From: Terriglobia bacterium
GTDB lineage: Bacteria; Acidobacteriota; Terriglobia; 2-12-FULL-54-10
Assembly: GCA_963666975.2 (NCBI GenBank)
Contig: CAXVYR010000004.1
Span: 224,001 to 288,000 of the forward strand
Reading direction: 5' to 3'
Length of the DNA stretch: 64,000 nucleotides
The position numbers and the translations under genes were made by a program. Shown piece by piece: positions 49,228 through 58,574 of the stretch (position 1 is its first letter; each line of letters begins with the position of its first letter). The notes beneath the pieces were generated by a model. That model worked only from the letters and a program-made list of their open reading frames with translations. It was not told the DNA's origin and did not search any database.

Positions 49228-49343
49228 TATGACGCCTCTCCATCTGCTCTCTTTCCAGCACTGGGGTTTTCTCGGAGAACGTCCAGGATGTTGGGGGACG
49301 GAATGGGCAACTTCGTGAAGGTTCCTCCCAAAGGAATCAACGC

Positions 49344-49492
49344 ATGATAGCGCCAGGGTCAGCGAAAGTAAAGTTTGGTTTGTTGCGGGTTCTTCCTCCT
49401 GTTGTTTGAAACGATCCGTATGGAGCGATCCGGAGGGGGTGGGACCTGGCCGCGACTTCGGCGTTGACAACCCAGTTGGGCAAGGTCATAAT
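49344..49492. promoter_or_regulatory. Divergent sigma70 promoter pair
   Basis: Plus strand TTGACA(49464)-17-CATAAT toward SSS2; minus strand TTTACT-17-TATCAT (49372..49344) toward L2; homologous to 3719..3865. Confidence 0.65.
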
Positions 49493-49731
49493 CTGCCGCG
49501 CGGCGAATCCATACGCTACAAGAATCAGCCCGGCATAGAAACTTGAAAAACTCCGTAGGATTTGTCGTCGTGCCATCCGGATGACACGATCAGCGACGCG
49601 GCCATGCAGATGGGAAATCCAGGCTGCCCCCTCGAGGAACACCACACGATGGCGGGCCGCCACCCGCCAAGCCCCCGGGACAAGGTCGCGTCTCCGGCAG
49701 TGAAAAAGGACGAGGCGGAAAAGGAAGACGA

Positions 49732-49998
49732 ATGGAAATGAAGGTCCGCAAGGAGACAGAGTCCCCCCGCAAGAGGCCCTCCTGGGCCCTCAAGCTTTGG
49801 ATGGCCTTTTTTGTCCTCCTGGCCGGATTGGTCTATTCACCCTGGGTGGCGCCATACGGCAAGCATGAACCATTCATCCTGGGGCTGCCTTACACGCTGT
49901 TCTGGTGGATGCTGCTTTCCTTCTTGTTGCTTGTCAGTATCTTGCTCTTTGTCGTTTTCGGGTGGCGCGAAGAGGACAAGGGGGGAGACGGAGATTGA
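49732..49998 (+). CDS. Small two-TM SSS accessory protein (DUF3311-like)
   Basis: EPFILGLPYTLFW motif, two hydrophobic helices, stop overlapping the SSS start. Confidence 0.75.
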   Translation: MEMKVRKETESPRKRPSWALKLWMAFFVLLAGLVYSPWVAPYGKHEPFILGLPYTLFWWMLLSFLLLVSILLFVVFGWREEDKGGDGD

Positions 49999-51470
49999 GC
50001 CAGAAAACGTGGATTCTGTTGCTGGAGCTGGGAGCTTTTCTCGTCTTTTTTTTCTATCTGGGATACTCCGGCTGGAAACGAAGCAGAGGAGTGGCGGGCT
50101 TTTTCATCGCCGACAGAGAGATCGGCCCGGTGGTCTCGTTCCTCACCTACAGCGCCACTCTGTTCAGCGCTTTCACACTGGTGGGCATGCCGGGGTTTTT
50201 CTACACGCATGGCATCGGCTCTTGGGCGTTTATCGGTTTCGCAGACATTTTTATGGCGGTGATAATCTTCGTTTTCGGCAGAAAATTCTGGCTGCTGGGA
50301 TGGAAGTTCAACTTTGTCACGCCCACCGAATTTCTCAAATATCGCTATAACAGCGCCGCCGTGATGGCCTTGGGCGTTCTCATCAGCGTTGTTTTCCTGC
50401 TCCCTTTTGTGGCCACGCAACTTATCGGCATCGGCAAGATCGTGGAGAGCGCCACAGGAGGAGAACTTTCCTACCTGCCGGTATCCTTCTTTTTCATGGT
50501 CATCGTGCTGGCCTACACCGGGCTGGGCGGGATGAGAGCCGTGGCCTGGAACGACGCCGTGCAGGGCGTCCTGCTTTTCGTCATGAGCTATGTCATTGCC
50601 TTCATCTTTCTTTTTGCGAACTGGAGCGGCCCCGCAGCCATGTTTCAGGCGGTCGCCCAAACCAAACCCGATTTGCTTTCGGTGCCCGGCCCCCGGGATT
50701 ATTTCACCTATTCGACTATGATCTCGTATTTCTTTCTCATTATCGCGATTCCCATCACCCAGCCACAGATGTCTTGCCGTTTTTTCATCCCGCGCTCCTT
50801 TTCATCGCTGCGCTTCATGATGATGGCCTCGCCCGTCTATGCCTTTCTGATTCTCATCCCGGCAGTGATCCTGGGGCTGGGAGCCTCCGTCGTCTTTCCC
50901 GGATTGGCCTCCGGCGACCTGGTCCTGGCCCAGGTTCTTAATACCCACACGTCCGCGGCCGTGGGCGGGCTGGTGATTTGTGGCGTCGTGGCGGCCGCCA
51001 TGTCCACGGTCAGCTCGCTCCTGCTGGTGCTGGGTTCGCTCGCCGCCAAGGACTTGTATGCAAATATGAAGTGGGGCGGGCCGAAAAGCGAAGCCACACA
51101 GGTGTGGGTCGGACGCGGAGCCGGTGTCCTGGTCGCTCTTTTGGCTTTTCTGGCGAGCGTCCGTCCACCCCCATTGATCGTGGAGCTTTCCATCGACACA
51201 TTCGGGGGAATGCTACAACTATTGCCGGTTTTTATCGGAGGCCTCTACTGGAAAAGGGCTACACGAGCCGGAGCCCTGGCCAGTATGATCGTGGGCATCA
51301 CCGTCTTCATCCTGACCAACTGGGGAGTGGACAGGCATCTGCTCGGGGGCATTCACCCCGGAGCATTGGGGCTGGTGGCCGGATCAGTCAGTTTCGTCGC
51401 AGGCAGCCTTCTGAGGGGTGCTTCGCGGGAGGAGCAAAAGAGGGCGGAAGCAATTATGGCGGTCACCTAG
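49995..51470 (+). CDS. Sodium:solute symporter (SSS), copy 2
   Basis: TTG at 49995 equivalent to copy 1; same SSS motifs, collinear. Confidence 0.92.
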   Translation: MSQKTWILLLELGAFLVFFFYLGYSGWKRSRGVAGFFIADREIGPVVSFLTYSATLFSAFTLVGMPGFFYTHGIGSWAFIGFADIFMAVIIFVFGRKFWLLGWKFNFVTPTEFLKYRYNSAAVMALGVLISVVFLLPFVATQLIGIGKIVESATGGELSYLPVSFFFMVIVLAYTGLGGMRAVAWNDAVQGVLLFVMSYVIAFIFLFANWSGPAAMFQAVAQTKPDLLSVPGPRDYFTYSTMISYFFLIIAIPITQPQMSCRFFIPRSFSSLRFMMMASPVYAFLILIPAVILGLGASVVFPGLASGDLVLAQVLNTHTSAAVGGLVICGVVAAAMSTVSSLLLVLGSLAAKDLYANMKWGGPKSEATQVWVGRGAGVLVALLAFLASVRPPPLIVELSIDTFGGMLQLLPVFIGGLYWKRATRAGALASMIVGITVFILTNWGVDRHLLGGIHPGALGLVAGSVSFVAGSLLRGASREEQKRAEAIMAVT

Positions 51471-51797
51471 ACCTGTTTCACAGTTGGGCGGTTTCAGAGT
51501 TGGTGTAAAGTGCCTTGTGGGTGAATCCATCCGAGCCGCGAGAGCCTGCCCCGAGCCTTGTCCCGAGCGAAACCGAGGGAAGAGTCGAGGGTCAGGGAGC
51601 GGCCAACCAAGCTCTGGTTGCTCACTTGGCGTTCGAGGTCCGCTTGCTTGCGCGCGGGACTCTGACTATCCACGAACTGTGAAAGCTCTATAAAGCACGC
51701 TTTGGTTCACAGCATTTCGGCACGTCTAAATAAAGGCGTGCCCTGACGGGATACGCAATTCGTAAGAACAGTCTACACCTGCTGTGAAAATGGCCTA
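51468..51797. mobile_element. MITE-like element(s) containing nested REP-like repeats
   Basis: TAGACCTGTTTCACAGTT ... AACTGTGAAAGCTCTA (51690) inverted ends; a second right-end-like TACACCTGCTGTGAAAATGGCCTA near 51774..51797; similar to the ends of 6989..7182. Confidence 0.6.
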
Positions 51798-51837
51798 GAC
51801 ATCCTGGCCTCGGCTCCCACGATGGAAACGACATGCC

Positions 51838-52224
51838 TCAGGGTTCGCGCAAGAGCGCTCCGCTGGCCTTTAACAACGCCATATCGGCAGGACACGGCCC
51901 TCCCACGCTCTCGATCCTGCTTCCCCGGTCTGCGCTTACGGCGTGACGGAGCCCGGCGGGCACGTGGATCACCTGGCCCGCCTCGAACTCGATCCGCACC
52001 CCACTGGTGAGATCCTCGACCGTTCCCTTCCCGTCGAGAACGAAGATCGTGTCTTCGGAGTCGGCATGCACGTGAGGAACGTTCTTCTCTCCCGGCTGCA
52101 TGTCCACATAATTCATGTTCGCAGTGTGTGCGCCAACCCCAGGCCAGACGACGAGACGCGCATCGCGCGCGATTATGGGTAGCATTCGGTCCGGCTGGTC
52201 GCGGTGGAATACCCGGATCGACAT
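51838..52224 (-). CDS. Cupin-domain protein (intact metal motif)
   Basis: PHVHADSED...HVPAGLRH. Confidence 0.85.
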   Translation of the reverse strand: MSIRVFHRDQPDRMLPIIARDARLVVWPGVGAHTANMNYVDMQPGEKNVPHVHADSEDTIFVLDGKGTVEDLTSGVRIEFEAGQVIHVPAGLRHAVSADRGSRIESVGGPCPADMALLKASGALLREP

Positions 52225-52583
52225 TAGTCCGCCTCCCGCTCGAGAATTTCCAAACCGCGTCCATCGGTCCGGGCGGGGGAGACGATGCTCAGAACCTCTG
52301 CCCCTTCCGGTCCGGCCACCGCCTGATGGGGGATGTCGGATGGAATCACGATCAGATCGCCGGCGGCCAGCGGGTGAGGCTCTCCGCCGACCACGAACGT
52401 CAGCCGGCCGCCGAGAAGATAGGTGATCTGCTCCTGGTCATGCACATGGTCGGGGAAGCGGCCGCCAGGGGCGAAGCTGTAGCGCGTCACCGTCATACGG
52501 GTCCCGTCTACCACCTTCTTGCGAAGCTGCGGATCCACCTGCTCCCATTCCATCGCGGATAAAAAGTGGGAAGTTGCGCTCAT
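52224..52583 (-). CDS. Cupin-domain protein
   Basis: PDHVHDQEQ...IPSDIPH; TAATG coupling at both ends. Confidence 0.85.
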   Translation of the reverse strand: MSATSHFLSAMEWEQVDPQLRKKVVDGTRMTVTRYSFAPGGRFPDHVHDQEQITYLLGGRLTFVVGGEPHPLAAGDLIVIPSDIPHQAVAGPEGAEVLSIVSPARTDGRGLEILEREAD

Positions 52584-52966
52584 TAGCCCTCCGTATGTGC
52601 GTACATTGCCGGATCCGGCGGACAAGGTCCTCCGACGATCTCAACTCCGTTATTACCAGCGATGAAGACATACGAGGTTCCCGAATCGACATGCACCATG
52701 GAACCCCTCACCAATTCCTGGTGTGAGTCGTTGCTAGGATCCACGACCACAGCCGTACCATCGATCACGTAGTAAACCGCTTCCATGGGATGGCGCAACT
52801 CAACGGTTCGGGCACGACATGCGAGCGAGATACGGTGCAGCGAGCGGCTTTGGGCACCTACCCCAGGCCATACCACCGCCCAAGCGGTTCCTTCACCCTC
52901 GACGATCGGCAGGATCGGACATCTTTTGCGCGCATCGAACACGCGGACCGGGTGTTGTTCCGGCAT
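52583..52966 (-). CDS. Cupin-like protein with degenerate metal site
   Basis: Start MPEQHP; LRHPMEAVYYVIDG, second-motif His replaced by Tyr; VVWPGVGA shared with 51838..52224. Confidence 0.7.
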   Translation of the reverse strand: MPEQHPVRVFDARKRCPILPIVEGEGTAWAVVWPGVGAQSRSLHRISLACRARTVELRHPMEAVYYVIDGTAVVVDPSNDSHQELVRGSMVHVDSGTSYVFIAGNNGVEIVGGPCPPDPAMYAHTEG

Positions 52967-53010
52967 TACAGACTCCAGGCGGCGTTTTCGCCGCCTTGTG
53001 GAACAGGTCT

Positions 53011-53838
53011 TCAGGAAAGCCGCCCGATCTCCTCCACCGAGAGGTCCCCCACGTCGAAGAAGGCGATGATCCGGCACGGACAGGCTTCGCCGCCTTCAAA
53101 TTTCCAGGGAAACGCGCCTATAATGCAGCGCTGATTTAGCACCTTGGCTATATCGCCACCTACATTTTCAGCGTGGACGCAGCCGCTCGGAAACAGCAAG
53201 TAGTGCATTGGGAAAAGGTCTTCTTTCACGAGGCGACCACTCTGGGGATGCTTGTACTCGTACTCCCCGAAGTATTTCTCGACTGGCATTCCCACCCTCT
53301 CCTCAAACCGCTTGGTGAGATCGGGCCGCATGGTGCGAATGGTCGTATTCATCGGATGATCCGCGGAACCGGTGTCCACTCCCCACCAGGAGATTTCCAT
53401 GTCCAGCATCCACGAGGCCATCTCATTGGTAGCCCCCGGATGCATGCAGAAGTATCGTGTAAGGTCCTTCTCGGGCATGCCTTCGTAGTACTGGTGGTAT
53501 CCGGTGTGGATAATCAGGATATCGCCCTTCTTCACCTTGACTTTGTCGGTGATGTGTTTGGGCTTGATGATGTCCCAATCGCCGACACCATCCGACACAT
53601 CCACAATCACGCCCTCATGCACCAGCTTCGTCAACGGCAAGGAGGCGACGTCGCCGATGGCATCGGCCGCATGCATCGGCGCGTCAATGTGCGTTCCCAC
53701 ATGCAGTGAAGTCTCGATTCGCTGGGAGACAATACGGTTCGTCTGCAACGTTTGCGTGTAATAGATTTTCGAACCGGGATAGCCGATCCACCCCGGGGTG
53801 TGCACGTTCCATGGATGCGAGAGATCAACAAGCTTCAT
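53011..53838 (-). CDS. Cyclase family protein (kynurenine formamidase-like)
   Basis: DLSH, HVGTHIDAPMH, GVDTGSAD, ENV and GGEACPCR. Confidence 0.9.
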   Translation of the reverse strand: MKLVDLSHPWNVHTPGWIGYPGSKIYYTQTLQTNRIVSQRIETSLHVGTHIDAPMHAADAIGDVASLPLTKLVHEGVIVDVSDGVGDWDIIKPKHITDKVKVKKGDILIIHTGYHQYYEGMPEKDLTRYFCMHPGATNEMASWMLDMEISWWGVDTGSADHPMNTTIRTMRPDLTKRFEERVGMPVEKYFGEYEYKHPQSGRLVKEDLFPMHYLLFPSGCVHAENVGGDIAKVLNQRCIIGAFPWKFEGGEACPCRIIAFFDVGDLSVEEIGRLS

Positions 53839-53958
53839 TCATTTTCCTCCCAAGCTCGGCGCCATGCGCCCCTAATACTCTCACTCTTATGAAACCGTGG
53901 TGCAAGCCCTTTCCGGGGATGAGGCCATAGTGTCTTCGCTCCATTAATCCCGGTTGTT

Positions 53959-55866
53959 TCAGTAGCTTCGGGCCTTGAACACGATCTTTCCGCCCACCGC
54001 TGTCAGCAAGTTCTGGATGGTGTGGATTTGGTCCTCGGGAATAGTGAAATAGTCTTTGCTGATAACGATAAAGTCCGCCAGCTTCCCCATCTCCAGCGAG
54101 CCGATGTGTTTCTCCCGCAGCACCTGCTCGGCTCCCCAAATAGTGGCCGCCTTCATCAGGGTTACCCGATCCATTGCCTCATTTCGGTTATAGGTGATCC
54201 CGTCACTGGGCATCCGGCGAGTCACAAAAAATTCGATAAAACCCCAAATGTTGCCATCCCACTGAGAAGGGTAGTCCATATCCTTGGACTCGATCGGGAC
54301 CTTGTTCAGGTGCGCATCGGAGTTGAACACGACATGTACACCGGCGTCTGCCAGGCTTTTCATGGGGACCATCCAGCTCATGTACTGCTCGCCATGGTCT
54401 TCGAGAAAAAGCCTACCCTGGTCGTTCTTCTGTATCTGGTAACCGTTAAAAGCCGGCATAATTCCATACTTGGCTATCTTCGCGATCTGGTCGGGGCGAA
54501 CGAATGGATTGTGCTCCGTACCGATCTTGAGGGCTCGTACTTGCTCGAGAGTCATCTTGCCCTCGGCTATCGCCTGTTCAATCATGTGAAATAAAGCATC
54601 GTAGGTGCCGTCAATATAGGTGTGCAGGTTTGTGATTCGCAGCCCGGACTCCAGCGCCGCCCGCACGTTGCGGTAGCCGGCAAACTCCTCGTAGTCCGTT
54701 CTGTCGGAAGCAGACGGAAAAACGGCGCTCGGATTATCGGGAGCGCGCGGCTTGGCGCGTGTACCAAAACCCCAGATGGCGGGTTCCCAAGCTTCGTTGG
54801 AAACTCCGGCGTTCCAGATGTAATCGTTCCCGATTCCCTGGAAGTCTCCCAGATTGCGGTAAAAGAACTGGAGATCACCCTTGTCGCGCGTTTCATACTC
54901 CTCATTGCCCCAAAGGGTGCCCAGGAACCAGGCCCATCGGACAGGCATCTCGCCCCGCTGGTAGAGCAGATTAAATATCTTCATCGTGGTGGGGGAGCCG
55001 TAGTAATGGTTGCCAAAGGTAGTGACGCCCGCTGCCGCCACACATTCGAGCAGCTCCCGCCGGAGGAAGTCCGCCGCCTCCTCCGTGCGCCCCCGGAAGA
55101 GAATGTCATACAGCACCGCAGTGCGGGCCGGTAACCCCCCGGCTTCCCAGCCCAGGAGCTTTACCATTTGCTCCACGGCTCTGGTGTTGTTGATGTTGGG
55201 CCCGAGGGCATCGCTCCCGAACGTCATGAGGGGATTGTCGGGCGCCAGCGTATCCAAATACTCCCTGGTAATCGGCGCACTGGGTCCGCCGGGTTGCTGA
55301 AAGAGAGGGAAGACAATCTCTCTTGATTCCGGGATGCTGTTTTTGGCAAACAGGCTGACCCAAATCCACTTGCCCGGGCCTAACTCTTGTGCTCTCTGCC
55401 GAACCACCCGTTCCAAGGACCTTAACAGTTCCGCCCCGTCATTCCCCTTGGCGTAGACGATCCTCAGTTGGGGATCGTTGTACTTCTTGGAGGTAAACTC
55501 CCCTTCCGCACCCAGCCAATGCTCGGCGGCCCATAGCGGCGGATGGGTGTGGCCATCAATCAGGCCCGGCAGCACCCGGCGCCCCTTCGCGTCCAGCACC
55601 TCGGTGTTCGGACCGGCCAGAAACCGAATTTCGTCATTCGTTCCCAGCGCGAGGATCCGGTTGTTCCTCACCGCCATGGCTTCCACCTCGGTCAGCCGTT
55701 CATCCATGGTGGAAATCTTGCCGTTGACGACAATCAAGTCTGGATAAGCTTTCAGGAGTTCCAGTTTCCTGGCCAAATCATTCGCGTTTTGCCCAGAAGC
55801 ACTAGCCTGCAGGAAAAGAGCAAGTAGGATTACTAACCCCAGCAGACCAAAGTGTCTCACCCTCAT
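53959..55866 (-). CDS. Exported Amidohydro_3 protein, copy D (close paralogue of copy C)
   Basis: Signal peptide; PGLIDGHTH, LHTYID, TEH and NSDAH; long stretches identical to copy C. Confidence 0.9.
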   Translation of the reverse strand: MRVRHFGLLGLVILLALFLQASASGQNANDLARKLELLKAYPDLIVVNGKISTMDERLTEVEAMAVRNNRILALGTNDEIRFLAGPNTEVLDAKGRRVLPGLIDGHTHPPLWAAEHWLGAEGEFTSKKYNDPQLRIVYAKGNDGAELLRSLERVVRQRAQELGPGKWIWVSLFAKNSIPESREIVFPLFQQPGGPSAPITREYLDTLAPDNPLMTFGSDALGPNINNTRAVEQMVKLLGWEAGGLPARTAVLYDILFRGRTEEAADFLRRELLECVAAAGVTTFGNHYYGSPTTMKIFNLLYQRGEMPVRWAWFLGTLWGNEEYETRDKGDLQFFYRNLGDFQGIGNDYIWNAGVSNEAWEPAIWGFGTRAKPRAPDNPSAVFPSASDRTDYEEFAGYRNVRAALESGLRITNLHTYIDGTYDALFHMIEQAIAEGKMTLEQVRALKIGTEHNPFVRPDQIAKIAKYGIMPAFNGYQIQKNDQGRLFLEDHGEQYMSWMVPMKSLADAGVHVVFNSDAHLNKVPIESKDMDYPSQWDGNIWGFIEFFVTRRMPSDGITYNRNEAMDRVTLMKAATIWGAEQVLREKHIGSLEMGKLADFIVISKDYFTIPEDQIHTIQNLLTAVGGKIVFKARSY

Positions 55867-55883
55867 CGTTTTCCCCCGTTAAA

Positions 55884-56300
55884 CCGGAATTTCCGTTTTG
55901 ACTTTCCCTCTCGCCCAAAAGCATACGCCAGCCGTCCTATCTACTCAATCTCGGATTGTCATGGCCTTTTGGGTGGCATTGTAGCTCGTATTGGCCGTTC
56001 TGCGCAGTCGCTGTGCGGGGTTTTCCAGCCCCAACCGCCCTTGCCGCTGACACTTCCCCGCTGGATGGCTTCCGAGCGCTCACTTGCCTTCTGTCCTGGT
56101 TCATTAGCCGTCCGGCAGCGGCAATGCTGCGATCATCCTCAGCATACTCGCAAACGGTCTCCGACTCAAATGCCCCTCGGCGAGCAAAAGCCAATAATAC
56201 CGTGCGTGGTGCCTGACCAGCCGACCTCCGTCTTCACCAACCGCTGCTGCAAGCTCGTCAACGACCATTTCCTGATTCTTTGCGGCGATTTCGGTCTCCC
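55884..56300 (-). mobile_element. IS1380-family remnant: frameshifted transposase C-terminus plus right end with outward promoter
   Basis: WSLTSLQQRLVK / GGRLVRHHARYYWLLLAEGHLSRRPFASMLRMIAALP* (stop at 56104) resembles the IS1380 transposase tail; TTGAGT-17-TATGCT at 55948..55920; terminal GTCAAAACGGAAATTCCGG then TTTAA. Confidence 0.8.
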
Positions 56301-56504
56301 CGCTCAATCGAACGATCCCTGCCGCTTGCAACGCATTCGTCAACCTTCCTCGGTAGCAGCCGGTAGCACTCCGTGGCAGACGGGAGTCCACACACCAGGA
56401 CTTGCGCGGTTGGCTCGGATGGCCGTGGGGTTTCAGCAAAAAACAGCTGAGCCGATGGGTTCTTAGGAGCTAAGAGAACCGCTCGGAGCGTACGGAGAGA
56501 AAAA

Positions 56505-56581
56505 AACTGTCCTGGAAGGGCTCATCTGGAGGCTCCTGGGTTATACTCGCAACCGTCGGAGGGCTAAAAAATTAATTCCGG
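56505..56581 (+). promoter_or_regulatory. IS1380-end-like relic (subfamily 2) facing the LVIVD gene
   Basis: CTGGAAGGGCTCA...TATACTCGCAACCGTCGGAGGGCTAAAAAATTAATTCCGG, matches 40599..40675. Confidence 0.7.
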
Positions 56582-56744
56582 GTAAACTCTCTTACTGGCA
56601 CTGGCACAAAAAATCGGTCCGGTCAGACGGGGAAGCATCGGCGCAATCGCTGGGAAAAAGGGTAGTTCCAGATGTTCCCGTACCTGGAAGAGGCAGGACT
56701 GACTGCCTCTGGGGCAGTGAAGGCATGCATGATGAAAAATTCTG

Positions 56745-56805
56745 TTGCAACGAAAGCAGTTGGGCGTATAACTTTTCGTGGCGGAATCCAAAATGGAAAT
56801 CCTCG
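56745..56805 (+). promoter_or_regulatory. Further IS1380-end-like relic facing the LVIVD gene
   Basis: TTGCAA-16-TATAAC with GGGCG before the -10; ends CCAAAATGGAAATCCTCG. Confidence 0.5.
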
Positions 56806-56939
56806 ATGCATAGAACAAAAAAACCCGCTTATTTTTCCTATGCTCAGGGAACGGGGTGGCAGGTCTTCGCCTCGAGAATCCTCTCAGGATCGGGAAGGGC
56901 TTTCACAGTCAGGTAACCTGATAATCTGGAGGGCACACC

Positions 56940-58574
56940 ATGAAAAGAGTGATCTGGTTGAGATTCGGGCTTGGGTTCCTGTTCGCACTTACCCTTCCTG
57001 CGGCTTGCCAGAGAGTCGCCGACGGCCCTGTCGAAGATGCCGTGAACATAAAATACGTAGGCAGCGCCACCACCAGCGACGGCCAAGTCGATCTGGGGGC
57101 CTATTCGAAGCTCGCCCCGTGGCCCGATACCGACGGCCGCTACCTGTACTCCGGCTGTTACGACCCCGGTCCGCTTGTTGCTGAAATCCCCGGGGAAGAT
57201 CGCTGCTTCATGACGGTCGATCTGGAGGATCCCGAGAAGCCGGTGCGTCTGGCCACGGTGTACGGGTTCGAACGAGTCGCCTCACCGTCGCCCCCGGCGG
57301 GACATATTGTGTGGTCCTCGACATACGTGTTCCCGAACCTGCCCGTCCAGGTCCCGTGCAACGTCAACTGGGACGATCCGGGGATCGCGGCTGGAACCAC
57401 TAAACCTGCGTGCTGGGACCCCGGCTGGAACACGCACAGCCATTACGTGGCACAGGCCCCTGGGAAGATCCTCGCGGTCAATCAGGAGCGGTACCGCAGC
57501 GGCACGGACCGGCAGGCGAGTTACCACGGCGTCAAGTTTTACGACATCTCCAACCCCGCGAAGCCCGTGTTCCACTCCTACTGGGAATCGCCCGCGTCCG
57601 ACCCCGATCCCGAAACCGGGGTATGGCCCGACGCCGTCGGGACGCACCACTTCAACTTTCAAGACCGGCATCTCTACCTCGGGACGACGTATGAGGGGTA
57701 CATAGCGAGGATCCTCGTGATCCTCGACGTGACGGATTCCCGGAACCCTGTCGAAGCCGGGAAGTGGTGGGTCAAGGGGCAGAAGACCCCGGAGGAGGAT
57801 GCGGTCCGCGACTGGGTCCCGCAGTCCAACGACAGCGCCCTGCGTAGCCCTATCGTCGATCAAGGCGGGAAGTGGACGAAGCATGTGGGGATGCACTATG
57901 TCTCGATCTATGAAAACCGCGCCTACCTCTCGTACCATCAAGCCGGGCTGGTCATCCTGGACGTCAGCGACAACAGCAACCCCCAACTCATCTCGCGGCT
58001 CGACTACCTGGTTCCAAGCTTCGACCCAGAAACCCCGGATCGGGATGCCTGCAGCAAGGCCGCAGGTGGGAAATCCGCGGCGTGCGGCAATACGCACTCC
58101 GCCAAGCTCGTGCCTGGCAACAACAACCTGCTCTGGGTCACCGACGAGTACTTCAGCTGTCCCTATGGCCACCTGCGTATGGTGGACATCAGCGACGAGA
58201 CGAAGCCCGAGATCATCTCACACTTCCTGTACCCCGAGAACATCGCCTGTGACCCCAACAACCCTAGCCAGACGGCCGATCCGACACGATTCCCAAGGCG
58301 GGGCCCCTCGTCACACATCGGCAATACCTGGGGTGACAGCCTCCTCTTCCTGGCGTGGTACGGCATGGGAGTGCGGGTGATCGACATCGCGGATCCGACG
58401 CATCCGACGGAGGCGGCACACTACATGTATGACATCGACCAAAACACCCCAGCCTATGCCGGTTCCATGACCTACGATGTCATCTTCGGGCGCGGAGGCT
58501 ACCTTTACGTGTCGGATGGCACGAGCGGCCTACGGGTGCTGAAATACACGGGTCGAGGGGATCCTGCTGAGTAG
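56940..58574 (+). CDS. LVIVD-repeat beta-propeller lipoprotein
   Basis: Lipobox LPAAC; repeats GVKFYDISNP, LVILDVTDSRNP, GLVILDVSD, LRMVDISD and GVRVIDIADP. Confidence 0.85.
   Translation: MKRVIWLRFGLGFLFALTLPAACQRVADGPVEDAVNIKYVGSATTSDGQVDLGAYSKLAPWPDTDGRYLYSGCYDPGPLVAEIPGEDRCFMTVDLEDPEKPVRLATVYGFERVASPSPPAGHIVWSSTYVFPNLPVQVPCNVNWDDPGIAAGTTKPACWDPGWNTHSHYVAQAPGKILAVNQERYRSGTDRQASYHGVKFYDISNPAKPVFHSYWESPASDPDPETGVWPDAVGTHHFNFQDRHLYLGTTYEGYIARILVILDVTDSRNPVEAGKWWVKGQKTPEEDAVRDWVPQSNDSALRSPIVDQGGKWTKHVGMHYVSIYENRAYLSYHQAGLVILDVSDNSNPQLISRLDYLVPSFDPETPDRDACSKAAGGKSAACGNTHSAKLVPGNNNLLWVTDEYFSCPYGHLRMVDISDETKPEIISHFLYPENIACDPNNPSQTADPTRFPRRGPSSHIGNTWGDSLLFLAWYGMGVRVIDIADPTHPTEAAHYMYDIDQNTPAYAGSMTYDVIFGRGGYLYVSDGTSGLRVLKYTGRGDPAE

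Noticed and set aside
47098-49347. Long plus-strand ORFs (also 60837..62687, 22841..24349, 13210..14454, 28623..29747 and similar)
   Set aside because: Antisense shadows of well-supported genes, expected from high-GC codon bias; no motifs
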